Shown: positions 1 to 11,354 of the stretch, piece by piece
Numbering within the stretch: position 1 is the stretch's first letter
Layout of the letters: every line of letters begins with the position of its first letter
NCBI RefSeq assembly: GCF_006345805.1
Contig: NW_021834087.1
Location: forward strand, 1 to 26,915
Reading direction: 5' to 3'
Length of the DNA stretch: 26,915 nt
Origin: Octopus sinensis
Taxonomy: Eukaryota
Notes under the pieces: generated by a model
What the model was told of the DNA's origin: nothing
What the model saw: the letters and a program-made list of their open reading frames with translations, nothing else
The model's database searches: none
Program-made: the position numbers and the translations under genes

Positions 1-32
1 CATATATGTAAACATATAAATGCGTATACGCT

Positions 33-64
<32 letters not shown>

Positions 65-218
65 GCTATCTATCCTATCTATCTATCCTAATCTAATCTA
101 TCTATGTATCTATCTTTCTGTCTGTCCATCTACGTATGTATGTATGTGTATATATATGTGTGTGTATGTGTCTTTATATATACATACATATATATATATA
201 TATATGCATACACACACG

Positions 219-257
<39 letters not shown>

Positions 258-275
258 GCATAAATACATATATAC

Positions 276-319
<44 letters not shown>

Positions 320-530
320 TCATATATATAAGACCTAAAATACATACATAAGTGTGCGTGCGTATATGCTTCTACGTAAAGCAAGCCGTACCGTTCTCTT
401 GCCTCTATGTATATGTACATACACACATACAGAAACACATACAGAGGCACATACACACACACACACACACACATTTGTATATATATATGTACGTTTGTCT
501 GTGTGCATATGTGTGTTGTGTGTGCGTATA
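1..530. repeat. Compound microsatellite (CTAT)n/(TA)n/(CA)n/(TG)n
   Basis: Directly visible; explains the I/Y/H/T-rich ORFs here. Confidence 0.95.
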
Positions 531-837
531 TATGTGGTTGATGTCATATAATGTTTATTATAGATAGACAGTAAGGAAGGGACAAGAAGGCAAAGCATTG
601 CTGTTTATTATGTGTTGGTACAAAAATTGTTTAAGAGGGAAGATATCGGGTGAACTTTGCTGTAAAGTGTCTGTGTTAGGAATATATATGTATATGATAT
701 AATATATAGTGTGCAAGCTGTATTGAACTTTGTAAAGGTGATATTATTTCGAAAAATAACTAATTATATGGAACACCACTTGCCCTCAAACTGTTGATAA
801 CCATGCAAAAGAAGAAAAAGAAGCCATGACACCTACA

Positions 838-1285
838 TGTATGACTGTAATGATGATGATGATGATGATAATGTTAGTGGTGGTGGTGGTTGTGGTGACG
901 ATGATGATGATGGTGGTGGTGGTGGTGATGGTGGTGATGATGATGATGGTGGTGATGGTGTGATGGTAGTGATGATGATGATGGTGGTGATGGTGGTGAT
1001 GACGATGATGATGATGATTATGATGATTATGATGATGATAATGATGATGACGATGTTAGGGATGGTGATGGTTTCGATGATGATGATGATGATTATGATG
1101 ATGATGATGATGATGACGATGTTAGGGATGATGATGGTTTCGATAATGATGATGATGATGGCAGTGGTCTTGATGATGATGTTGATGATAGTGATAGGGG
1201 TGTTGGTGTTGGTGGTGGTGGTGGTGGTGATGATAATGATAATGATGATGATGACGATGATGGTGATGAGGATATTGATATAATA
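838..1285. repeat. Imperfect (GAT)n/(GGT)n trinucleotide array with an internal ~65-nt duplicated unit (gacgatgttagggat...ggtttcgat)
   Basis: Directly visible; the unit occurs near 1048 and near 1115. Confidence 0.95.
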
Positions 1286-1934
1286 AAGATAAATGATACA
1301 TCTTTTTCCTTTTTTTTCTTTTCTTACTTTCTTTTTTTTTTCATCTCTTTTCTTTTTATTTATTTCTGTCAAGCAAATGGGAAGCTTTAGGAGATATGTT
1401 CCATTCTTTCAGAGAAATATTAGTGTCAGCTTTTATGAAAGAATGAGATTATGCTTTTTCTTTTTCTTTTCTCTCTTTCTTTTTCCGAGTCCATTTCTAT
1501 CTTGAAGCATAATTTTTGTGCTCAAATTTTGAGCAAGCAACTCGCAATTTTACGCTGCGCCAGCTTCTCATGTAACGCTACCAGCAACACTTAAGTGTGT
1601 GAAGCTGAGAACATGCCTACCTCCCGCAGTGGTGTGTGCAACACAACAAACCACTGCATATGGCGTGTGCACAACTGTACATAGACACACACACAACACA
1701 TACACCTCACCTCACCGCACAAACCTATACATACAGAATTCAGATATCGAGATTATATTGACATGTACTGTACTGTTGATTTCTGAGCATGCTCTTTACC
1801 CCAAGCTAAACATTCAATTATGAAAAAGATGTGCAATGTAGTGTTGATGGTTGGGTCGTTCGTTGGGTGTTACCGGCGACGAGGAACCGTTCGAGAACGT
1901 TCCGAAATATTCGTTCAACATTTAATTATTTACA

Positions 1935-1960
1935 TACTACAACTACTACTGCAGACCGCA

Positions 1961-2031
<71 letters not shown>

Positions 2032-2173
2032 CACGACACTAGCCTCACCAACACAGTCACCACCATCACCACTATCACCGTCACCATCACCACCAACACC
2101 ACCATCACCAGCAGCAGCAGCACTACCACCACCACCACCACCACCACCACCACTATTGCTGCCGTGGTACTGT

Positions 2174-2209
<36 letters not shown>

Positions 2210-2210
2210 A
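1935..2210. repeat. (CTA)n/(CAC)n/(CAG)n trinucleotide array
   Basis: Directly visible. Confidence 0.95.
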
Positions 2211-2557
2211 TTGTACTCACTATAGCATATGAGTAATAAATTTCTCAGTAGGAATGTTCATTAAAGATCTTCCCACCTTATTTGGGATTTCTTATATATT
2301 TGTTTCAAACCCCTTTACTGTTTTCTGTTCAGAACATTTCAATTAATGCAGTAAAAATAGCAGTCAAATGCTTTTTTTTTTTTTGCTAAAAATTATTAAA
2401 CCAAGAAACATTATTAAACTATGTTCATTGTTGTTATTACTTTTTCTAGAAGTTGCGTTACTTTTACCTGAAGTTTATTAACGACGATTTCCCCCAAAAT
2501 TTGATTACGGCAATATTTGATAGAATAGTGGTATATAGGAAGATGGTTGTATGTGTA

Positions 2558-2624
<67 letters not shown>

Positions 2625-2949
2625 CATATATATATATATATATATGTATGTATCCTTTTTGCAGCAATAATAGTGATGTCCTGTTTCTGATACTCACTCT
2701 CTTTCTCTTCTTTCTCTCTGTCGATCAATTTATATATATATATATACATTTACAAACACACCCAGACAAAAAGTGATGTACATCTTGTAAGAACGTCTGT
2801 CTTAAATTAATAAGTATGTTCCCTGACTTACTTATTGTGTACATAGCATTAAATTTCTTATCTCCAAGTTTTCAAACGCAATTACGCATAGACATATGCA
2901 TATGTGTCAATATGATTGTGTTTATATATGTAAAGGATATATATATATA

Positions 2950-3299
<350 letters not shown>

Positions 3300-3397
3300 T
3301 TAAATGCACCACGTCACTCAGCCATATTATTGTTATCTGTGGACGTATGCATGTTGTATGTTATTTTTCGGTTTATTTCAATATTTCTTGCCAATAG

Positions 3398-3462
3398 AGA
3401 AAGGACCAGTTTCTAACCTAGATCCAAGGCTTCTTCATTCGAATTTCAACATCAACAACAAG
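3398..3462 (+). CDS. Candidate internal exon, phase 1 to 0: KGPVSNLDPRLLHSNFNINNK
   Basis: Acceptor tttcttgccaatag and donor AAG|gtatgt; only one frame is open. Confidence 0.4.
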
Positions 3463-3588
3463 GTATGTATGTATATATGCATGTTTGTGCAGATTTGTAT
3501 GGTTTATGTATGTATTATCATACATATAGTTGCATATCTAGACGTGCTCATATATATTTAAATGATAAACTTCTGGAAATTTTCACAG

Positions 3589-3721
3589 ATTTTTACAGTT
3601 CCAGTGACGGATTGGATTCGTCTTCGAATTAGCTTTCTCTTTTCTGATTCTGAGAAGCGTAATTTCTCAAGATTGGTATTTAGGCAGTGTCTCATTTATC
3701 CCAGGACCCCAATAATTACAG
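3589..3721 (+). CDS. Candidate internal exon, phase 0 to 1: IFTVPVTDWIRLRISFLFSDSEKRNFSRLVFRQCLIYPRTPIIT
   Basis: Acceptor attttcacag and donor CAG|gtataa; phase-compatible with 3398-3462 and 7042-7116. An alternative donor exists at 3676. Confidence 0.35.
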
Positions 3722-3960
3722 GTATAATTTTGTTTGTTGTATTTGGTTAGCTGCAGGTCATCGTATACAAGCAGATATATAATCAAGGGCATTCCAACTG
3801 TCGCCATCTTACCTTCTTCAAGAATATCTTGGGGTATATAAGCTGGTGTCTCACTTTTTTTGTGTAAAGGCGTTTGATGAAGATATTTTTTATAGTTCCA
3901 GTGATTGTAGATGATTTTTGATTGGCGTAGTCTATACATGCAGATAGTGCAGTAAGTAAC

Positions 3961-4074
3961 CTTTGGTCGACAGAGTCTATAGTAGAACTTGCTCAAGGTG
4001 CTTCGCAGCGGGACTGAACCTGGAGACATGCGGTTGGAAAGCAAGCTTCTTACCACACAGCAACGCTTACGCCT
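3961..4074 (-). mobile_element. SINE family A (octopus OR-type, tRNA head plus CORE-like segment), 5' fragment
   Basis: Matches the head of the other family A copies (gggttcagtcccactgcg...ggcaagtgtcttctactatag). Confidence 0.85.
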
Positions 4075-4106
4075 CTTTAAATGTGTTTTCTAAAGTAGTG
4101 TCTCAG

Positions 4107-4210
4107 TATTCTTTTTTTCTTTTACTTGTTTCAGTCATTTGACTGCGGCCATGCTGGAGTACTACAATTAGTCGAACAAATCGACCCCATGACTTATTCA
4201 TTGTAAGCGT
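4107..4210 (-). mobile_element. SINE family A 3' tail fragment
   Basis: Reverse complement of ccagcatggccgcagtcaaatgactgaaacaagtaaaag. Confidence 0.85.
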
Positions 4211-4333
4211 AATGGTTGTAACCGGGTTCAGTCCCACTGCGTGGCACCTTCGGCAAGTGTCTTCTACTATAACCTCGGGCCGACCAAAGCCTTGTGAGTG
4301 GATTTGGTAGACGGAAACTGAAAGAAGCCCGTC

Positions 4334-4388
<55 letters not shown>

Positions 4389-4389
4389 A

Positions 4390-4426
<37 letters not shown>

Positions 4427-4652
4427 CGTGTATGTTTGTGTGTCTGTGTTTGGCTCCCTAGCATTGCTTGACAACCGATGTTGGTGTGTTTATGTCCCCT
4501 TCACTTAGCGGTTCGGCAAAAGAGACCGATAGAATAAGTACTGGGCTTACAACGAATAAGTCCCGGGGTTGAGTTGCTCGATTAAAGGCGGTGCTCCAGC
4601 ATGGCCGCAGTCAAATGACTGAAACAAATAAAAGAGTAAAAGAGAGAGAGAG
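4211..4652 (+). mobile_element. SINE family A, near full length with internal (TA)n
   Basis: Box B-like gggttcagtccc, body ccttgtgagtggatttggtagacggaaactg and the conserved tail. Confidence 0.9.
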
Positions 4653-4657
4653 TAATA

Positions 4658-4935
4658 CTTATTCTGTCGGCTCCTTCTGCGGAACCGCTAATTTATGGGG
4701 CCGGAAACACACCAACACCAGTTGTCAAGAGATGGTGGGAAGTAGACAAAAATACGAACTTATATATATATATATATTTATATATATACTGGGCTTCTTT
4801 CAGTTTCCGTCTGCCAAATCCATTCACAAGGCTTTGGTCGGCCCGAGGTTATAGTCGAAAACACTTGCCCAATGTGCCTCGCAGCGGGATTGAACCCGGA
4901 GCCACGTGGTTAGGAAGCAAGTTTCTTACCACACG
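4658..4935 (-). mobile_element. SINE family A, 3'-truncated, tail-to-tail with the previous copy
   Basis: Reverse-complement similarity to 4211-4520. Confidence 0.88.
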
Positions 4936-5377
4936 CCCACGTTTGCACTTATGAACGTAATTACTAATAAAATGTGACTTGCTTCTGTGGTTTAAAAGTT
5001 GAATGTACTTGTGGAGGTCATTTTAAACAGAAACTGTGTTAGTTCGTAGAAGGAATATATATAGGTGATAAATTGAACTCATCTACAATCACCAGGTTCT
5101 TGAGTACATTCAGCGTTGTCTATTCTGTTGAAAGCATTCTGGTAAAATTTCTAATGCGTGGATAATTTCCTTTCTTCTTCGTTTCCTTGCACAGAAAATA
5201 TAAAAATGGACATGTAAGCTGTTCCTCCTTTTCGGTTTCAGCCATACTCTAAATTACCTAAACTAACACTTTGAAATGACATTTTGGACTCCACTACCTC
5301 TTGCCTATTAAATATTCTTTAGTCGTAGGCTTGAATTTGCAACTGTTTCTACGGATGTAAGGTTTTTGTGGATTCTA

Positions 5378-5560
5378 AGGTAGTGAACTAGCAGAATCCT
5401 AAGTACGTTCGACAGAATGTTTAGCGGCATTTTCCAGCTCTTTACGTTCTGAGTTCAAATACAACCGAGATCGAATCTGCTTTTCATTCTTTCGGGATCA
5501 ATAAAATAAGTACCAGCAGAGTACTGAGGTCGATGGTTCCCTCCCGTGAAAATTACTAAC
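5378..5560 (+). mobile_element. SINE family B, diverged
   Basis: ttacgttctgagttcaaat...ttttcattctttcgggatcaataaaataagtaccag, matching 16411-16642. Confidence 0.8.
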
Positions 5561-5620
5561 CTAAGAGTTTTAATAAAGTTTCTGGACAATAATAGGCTTC
5601 AAAGGTTTTGAGGAAGATAG

Positions 5621-5770
5621 ATTTCTTTATTGGTCACGCAGGGCTGAACACAGAAGGGACAAAATACAAAGTAGAGCTTTTCTTTTGGGGAAGAAGAGGG
5701 GAAAAATGGTCGAATTACGATCAAAAGCGATTGTGGAAAAAGACTGTAATTTTCAGGGCTTTTGCAAGAA
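5621..5770 (-). mobile_element. Retroposon 3' end sharing the tail of SINE-B internal units (possibly a LINE 3' UTR)
   Basis: 5621-5670 on the minus strand (tttgtcccttctgtgttcagccctgcgtgaccaataaagaaat) aligns to the SINE-B tail; the adjacent sequence differs from SINE-B. Confidence 0.5.
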
Positions 5771-6118
5771 AAAAATGTGTATCAGCTACATATATGAATT
5801 ATTTCATATTAGGAATCGAACCCGCATCATTGAGGATGTTGTAGCATGGGAAATCAAATTACTGATGCACTATGGTGACTCAAGCCTGTAGTCACATACT
5901 GATTAGCTACGGTTTTATAGAGTTATCTCTCCTTTTCATCATGTAATGTGACTTTGCTGAGAGAATTGGTAGAACGTAAATAGGAAAATCAGCAGATATT
6001 GCTGGCTATCGCGCTACTATGGGCTTAAGTGGATAGCGTGAGTGGGGAACAAGATAATATTGATCTTATTCATTAGCTTAGAGTTTATTTTCCTTTTGTT
6101 CGTATAGAAGAGTATCTT

Positions 6119-6180
6119 GAGGCACGTGGTTGAGTGGATATGGTGTTCGGACTATCGGCCGAAGGGTTGATGTAGCGTTT
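6119..6180 (+). mobile_element. Degenerate SINE family C tRNA-like head
   Basis: gaggcacgtggttgagtggatatggtgttcggact resembles 26854-26915. Confidence 0.45.
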
Positions 6181-6502
6181 TCAGTTAACTGTACTGCAGT
6201 GACATGTGTCCAAGGATCCAAGGGCATGACATTTAAATCTTCCTTCCTCGCTCATTTTGTAAAAATTCCAAACAGGTATCAATAATAGTAGCAAGCAATA
6301 GACGTAAATAAAATTGACAATTTCGTATGCATAATGTGTTTCGTTCTAATCTTCTGACAGATATATGAATTGTCAATTAGCTCGGACAAACGAGCGAGCC
6401 TCTATGTGGTCAAAATATCGGCTAGGAGAAGCAACTAAAACTACCATCATAAAAAAGAGAAAAGGTAAGCTTATATATTCCTAGATACGAAACGAACTCA
6501 CG

Positions 6503-6548
<46 letters not shown>

Positions 6549-6766
6549 ACACACACACACACATATATATATATGCACACACACACATAGATGTATTTAA
6601 ATGTTTGTTTTATGCCAGACAGTCTGATGATAGATAGCAAGCCGAGATACCGAAGTATATGTTTGATATATATATATATATATATACATACATATATATG
6701 TGAGTTCTTTTTCTCCCGTTTGTAAAACCAAATCTATGCATCAATCTCTTTGACTATACATAAATA

Positions 6767-6855
<89 letters not shown>

Positions 6856-7041
6856 GCCTGTCTGTCTATCTGCCTGTCTGTCTGTCTGTACAGTGAGTGT
6901 AAAAAATCGAAGATTAAAACGCCCCAAAACAGGCGCTCATATATTACTTAAGAAAGAGGCTATATTATTATTTTGTTTTTAAAAAAACATGTTGCCATAA
7001 TAGCCAAGCTTCGAATTGAATTACTAACGGTTTCAACCCAG

Positions 7042-7116
7042 AAGTTGAGAAAGAGAACCAACTACGGCAATGGTCAGTAATTTCCGATGATCACAAGAAT
7101 CGTTTTGTAACTTATG
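7042..7116 (+). CDS. Candidate internal exon, phase 1 to 1: VEKENQLRQWSVISDDHKNRFVTY
   Basis: Perfect TACTAAC branch point upstream of cccag, donor ATG|gtatgg; only the phase-1 frame is open. Confidence 0.6.
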
Positions 7117-7194
7117 GTATGGAATTAACTGGTAATTTAGCTATTAAGAGACTATAATATTGTCTTTTATTTATGATAATGATTATAATAATAA

Positions 7195-7398
7195 TGGCTT
7201 CAAATTTTGGCGCAAAGGCAGCAAGCTCGGGGTCGGGATGAGTCGATCACATCGACCCAAGTCCTCAATTGGTACTTATATCAAAAGAATGAAAGGCAAA
7301 GTCGACCTCGGTGGAATTTAAACTCAGAGCGTAAAGATGGGCGAAATGCCGCTACGTATTTTACTCAGAGTACTAAAAATTCTGCCATTTTGCAGCTT
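7195..7398 (-). mobile_element. SINE family B flanked by (TAA)n on both sides
   Basis: gaatgaaaggcaaagtcgacctcggtggaatttaaactcagagcgtaaag is the reverse complement of the family B core. Confidence 0.88.
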
Positions 7399-7420
7399 TA
7401 ATAATAATAATAATAATGTG

Positions 7421-8213
7421 ACATGGTTATGGCTGCAGAAAGGAAAGCTGAGGAGGGAGAGAGAAAGTGTGTTAGTTGCTGCATAAGATCAAGTATTAAG
7501 GACTAATTGTATAACATCCAACATAAACTAAAACCAAGTAGATTCCCAATGTGGATTATGCAAATGAAAAGAGGCAAGCGTTACTCATATATTAAGTGAA
7601 TGTAGCATGCTGGTACAGAAAGAATAGAAGAAAAGACATGACAATCTAGGGAGAGCAATCCACTGAGAGTTATGTAGAAAGCTAGAATTTGAACATATTG
7701 GATAAATGTTACGAACATGAACCTAGAAAAATACTAGAAAGTAAGAAGTACAAGATGTTGTGGGGCTTCAACATACAGACTGAGCGAGTAATAGAAGCCA
7801 GAAAGCATGATTTGGTAGTAGTAGTAGTAGATAAAGTGAATAGAAAGTGCCAGATAATTGACTTTACAGTCTCAAATGATGAAAACATTTATATGAGGAG
7901 AATAGAAAAAATAGCCTGGGCCTAGCTATTGAATTACAGAGACTATGGAAAGTGCGGGTAAAATGTATCCCAGTAGTTATAGGTGCATTGAGAACTGTCC
8001 CTAAAGATTTAAGCAGATAAATAGAGGAAATAGTCATAAAACCCAGTTTAGTACAGCTGTAGAAAACAGTGCTATTAGGGACAGCTAGGATACTTAGGAG
8101 GATTCTTGTCATCTAAGGTTATTTGCTGTAAGGTGTCTAAGGCTACCTGTTGTAGCCCGATGTTACGATTCTTTTCTTTTCCAGCAGTCTAATCTCTTGA
8201 GCATATATGAATA
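7421..8213 (+). mobile_element. 5'-truncated, decayed R4/Dong-like (R2 superfamily) non-LTR retrotransposon: CCHC knuckle, RLE endonuclease and 3' UTR
   Basis: Translation with stops gives CGLCK*KEASVTHILSEC, RHDN, YEHEP, MLWGFNIQTERVIEARKHDL (R/KPD-like), IIDF, IPVVIGAL and KTVLLGTARILRRIL*. Confidence 0.9.
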
Positions 8214-8362
8214 AGGGTGGAGCACTCGCAGAAAACAGCATTGCTTGGAACCGCTCGAATACTCCGGAAGGTGCTCGAAAAATAAGGGGTGTTACCTTAG
8301 TTCACTGGTAGTGAACAGCTGACAGTGTAGTACATCTCCAGCGTTAGAAGCTGTGCAAAGGC
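8214..8362 (+). mobile_element. 3' end of a second, distinct R4/Dong-like element ending in (AAT)n
   Basis: RVEHSQKTALLGTARILRKVLEK* followed by a different 3' UTR and aataataatagtaataat. Confidence 0.85.
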
Positions 8363-8769
8363 AATAATAATAGTAATAATAATAATATATACTGGTGAAG
8401 CAACGAGGCAAGAAGTGATTGTAGGGGATAAAAAAGAAAAAAAAAACAGTATAAGACCATAGAAATTGCAATACTTTCCTCCAATACCCGTAAAAGTCAC
8501 GAAGGAGCGAGGATCAAAATAACGTATACATTTATTTTGAATACACTCTTTTACACTTGAATGTAAAACGCATTCGCAGCAGGAAAATGTACACATGTTG
8601 ATATATATGCGCATGCACATATGTATATATATATATATATATATGTGTGTGTGCAATCACACGTGCCGTTTCCAGTAGTCATTAAAGGTTCGTTATCGAT
8701 AGGTTTACTCAATCAGCCCATTGATTGAGAAAATTGAACGCCTTAGAAAATTAATATTTCTTTCGTCAG

Positions 8770-8826
8770 AGTTATTTCTGGTTATAGCCAAGCAAAACAC
8801 TGAAAAAATGTTACAGGCATGGGAAG
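8770..8826 (+). CDS. Candidate internal exon, phase 1 to 1: LFLVIAKQNTEKMLQAWE
   Basis: Acceptor ttaatatttctttcgtcag and consensus donor AAG|gtgagt; only the phase-1 frame is open. Confidence 0.65.
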
Positions 8827-8868
8827 GTGAGTGAAGAGAAGCAATAAATATAAGTATCTCAACACTGT

Positions 8869-8903
<35 letters not shown>

Positions 8904-9130
8904 TATGTCATTACAGATATAGGATGAAATATAATTAGTTTAATAAAATCAACAAATTTCACCTAGTAGTATTTCGGTATGGAAAAGGACTATATTCGGT
9001 AAAAATTTATATAATTATAATAATAAGGGTTTTTTGCAACAAATTGCTTAAACCACATACCAAAAATATTAGAAATAGCAGCCAAAAGACTACTATTTCC
9101 TTTTACTACAAAAATAAGTCTCCACAGAGA

Positions 9131-9165
<35 letters not shown>

Positions 9166-9419
9166 CAGATATCACACGATATACTGCAGATATTGCATAT
9201 GAATATGGTGGTTACTTAAGTTATGGCCCTCTTGAAACAGCTGTCGAGGTAAGACTTTACAAAATTATTCTGTTGTTTTATCTTTTTTTCTTTTATTCTG
9301 TAATTTGTATTTTCATGTTCCCTTTAATTATACATCTGAAGCCTACCTGTGTTCACATACATACATACATACATACATACATACATACATACATACATAC
9401 ATACAGTATGTAATTATAC

Positions 9420-9614
9420 ATGGTCCGTTGGCAATAATCTATTCTCTTTCTACTTTGGAATTTCCCTTTCTCCTTTCCGACGAAGAGCTACGGCCGAAAC
9501 GTTAAATTCTCTTCTTTCAACCGATGGTGAAGCTAATATACTTCTTGCGCACGTTTTTCTTATGTTCGTTGTTTTTTCTCCTTTTGTTTCGTTATTTATC
9601 CGTTTATTTGTATT

Positions 9615-9620
<6 letters not shown>
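9420..9620 (+). mobile_element. Short element P2 (same family as P1) ending at (TA)n
   Basis: Contains ccgacgaagagct..gc.cgaaacgttaaa, a T-rich tail and gactatata. Confidence 0.6.
9474..9506 (+). ncRNA. Minimal hammerhead-like motif with damaged helix II
   Basis: UUU-CCGACGA-A-GAGC(UACG)GC-C-GAAAC-GUU-AAA; one nucleotide is missing from the 3' arm of helix II relative to P1 and P3. Confidence 0.45.
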
Positions 9621-9658
<38 letters not shown>

Positions 9659-9700
9659 TATATATATATATATATATATATATATTAATTATATATATAT

Positions 9701-9762
<62 letters not shown>

Positions 9763-9950
9763 GTGTACAGAGGCGGTGAAATGGGAAGACTAGTTAGAGC
9801 GTCCGGTCTTCTGAGTTCAGACTGCACCTGATTGAACGTTGCCTTTAATACTTTTAGTATGGATAAATAATGTGCCATTCTACACGGATGGTGGTGGTGG
9901 TGGCAACTTTTGTCTCTCTTTTCTGGCGATTCTTTTTCTTCTGTTATCAG

Positions 9951-10010
9951 TTGTGTGGGACATGGAGCAGGGACGACCCCATCAAACTAAAATATGCAAG
10001 ATACACCGAG
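9951..10010 (+). CDS. Candidate internal exon, phase 1 to 1: VWDMEQGRPHQTKICKIHR (phase-0 frame LCGTWSRDDPIKLKYARYTE is also open)
   Basis: Long polypyrimidine tract ending ttatcag, donor GAG|gtatgt; phase 1 fits the flanking candidates. Confidence 0.6.
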
Positions 10011-10469
10011 GTATGTTACACACGACAATTTCTACACGACTCCAGCAGAAAAGAATTACCCGAGGACTGAAATACCCAATCGGACTGCTTAAAAAAGAGA
10101 TCCATACCTTTACTTCTGTGTGTCCCAAACGCTATGACCTTCTTTTTTAATGAAAAACTATATCACCTAGTGCATTTCGGACAAATTAAACAACGATATC
10201 CCCACTCTTGTTTCAGTTATACTAATGGGGTGATTTCAACGCATACGTAGAAACTAATGAAGCTTTTGTTAGTTATACATTTCCCATGCTACAGCGTCCC
10301 CAATGCTGTAAGCTGTTTATGATAGGGTCTATTTTTTTTCTTCGGTGAAATTGAACGTGTCATAACCATCCTTAAATAACGGAGATAATATATCGTTTCG
10401 GCAAGTGACTAATCTCCATTTGAAAACTCATTAAAAATATTTTCTGGTATTGTAGGGAAAGAGTATAGT

Positions 10470-10610
10470 CGACTGAATTGAATCTAGTTTGCTGCAGGTA
10501 CATATTTGCCTAATGAAAGCAAAGTCAACCGTGAAGAGAATTGAATTCATAACTTTAAGGGACGAAACTAAATACTGCGACTCATTTTCTCTCTGGGTGT
10601 AATATTTGTA
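10470..10610 (-). mobile_element. Highly degenerate SINE family B
   Basis: aatgaaagcaaagtcaaccgtgaagagaattgaattcataac resembles the reverse-complement B core. Confidence 0.55.
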
Positions 10611-10982
10611 TCATATCACTCTGTCATCCAACTTACTAATTAAAAATAAAATGATGTAACATCCTGTGAGAGGCGGGGAGGGGGCGAACAAAGAATAAAG
10701 TTGTCGGTTTATAGTATTTCAGACTAAAATGTTGTATGGCCATGGCTAGAATATCATTTGTTTTTATGAGTATTAAACAACAACAAAAACAATTTAGTGG
10801 CAATATAGAAAACATCAACTAATCACTATAATATTCTGTCGTTAAATGAGCAATTATACAAAATAAAGTTATCACTTATAAATTTCTGTTTTATTAAACA
10901 CTTGGTGAACAATAGCGTCGGTATTTACAGATTTTACATGAACCAATTACTGGTTCATTGCATTTCTAACGATGAAAGTTAG

Positions 10983-11026
10983 AAGGGAATGCTTGTGTAA
11001 CTCGGGAAGAACAGATGCTATATGAG
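10983..11026 (+). CDS. Candidate internal exon, phase 1 to 0: GNACVTREEQMLYE
   Basis: Branch-like ttctaac, acceptor gttag with a weak pyrimidine tract, donor GAG|gtatgt. Confidence 0.45.
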
Positions 11027-11354
11027 GTATGTTTATAGTTATTACTGAAAAGCTTATAGTTTTTCAAACAGTCATAACAACAAAATTGCTTTCTTTACAC
11101 AAAATTTATACCAGTATATTAAAAACAGCCAAAAAACTCCCTTGAATTGTTCACCTTTTCCTCTGAAAATATTTACATTTTTTTTGCCGGAAAGGCTCCT
11201 CCCATGGTTTTTAAGTTTTAAAAAATGGCCAAAATCGGTCCGAATAGTAATTGTAAGGCTTATAACGTTCCAAACAGCCATAACAACAAAATCACTTCTT
11301 AGATTTTTTCATAAAAACATATACCGGTATATTAAAAAAAAATTCATTCAATAG

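Noticed and set aside
104-598. Long I/Y/H/T/C/V-rich ORFs here and similar ones at 2414-2776, 12649-13437, 13901-14685, 15715-16432, 17247-17832, 18224-18661 and 20169-20409
   Set aside because: Translations of (TA)n, (CA)n and (CATA)n microsatellites; these repeats lack stop codons in some frames.
833-2236. Poly-I/T/D/G/M/Y/P ORFs of 130-180 aa
   Set aside because: Trinucleotide arrays that are open in several frames on both strands; no splice or homology support.
2450-2530. Possible exon KLRYFYLKFINDDFPQNLITAIFDRIV
   Set aside because: The acceptor is good, but donors are weak and the phase does not match the next candidate, so it was left uncalled.
3667-4056. Minus-strand 129-aa ORF with an AG|gtaaga donor-like site
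   Set aside because: Its first third is SINE-A, the acceptor is weak, and it is antisense to better-supported + strand exons.
6624-6660. CTGATGA hammerhead core match
   Set aside because: No helix II and no downstream GAAA.
3757-10010. Alternative chain VIVYKQ...KNILG-KYKNGH-LCGTWSRDD giving a CUB-like GHLCG
   Set aside because: It needs two weak donors and skips the two strongest exons (7042 and 8770), which force phase 1.
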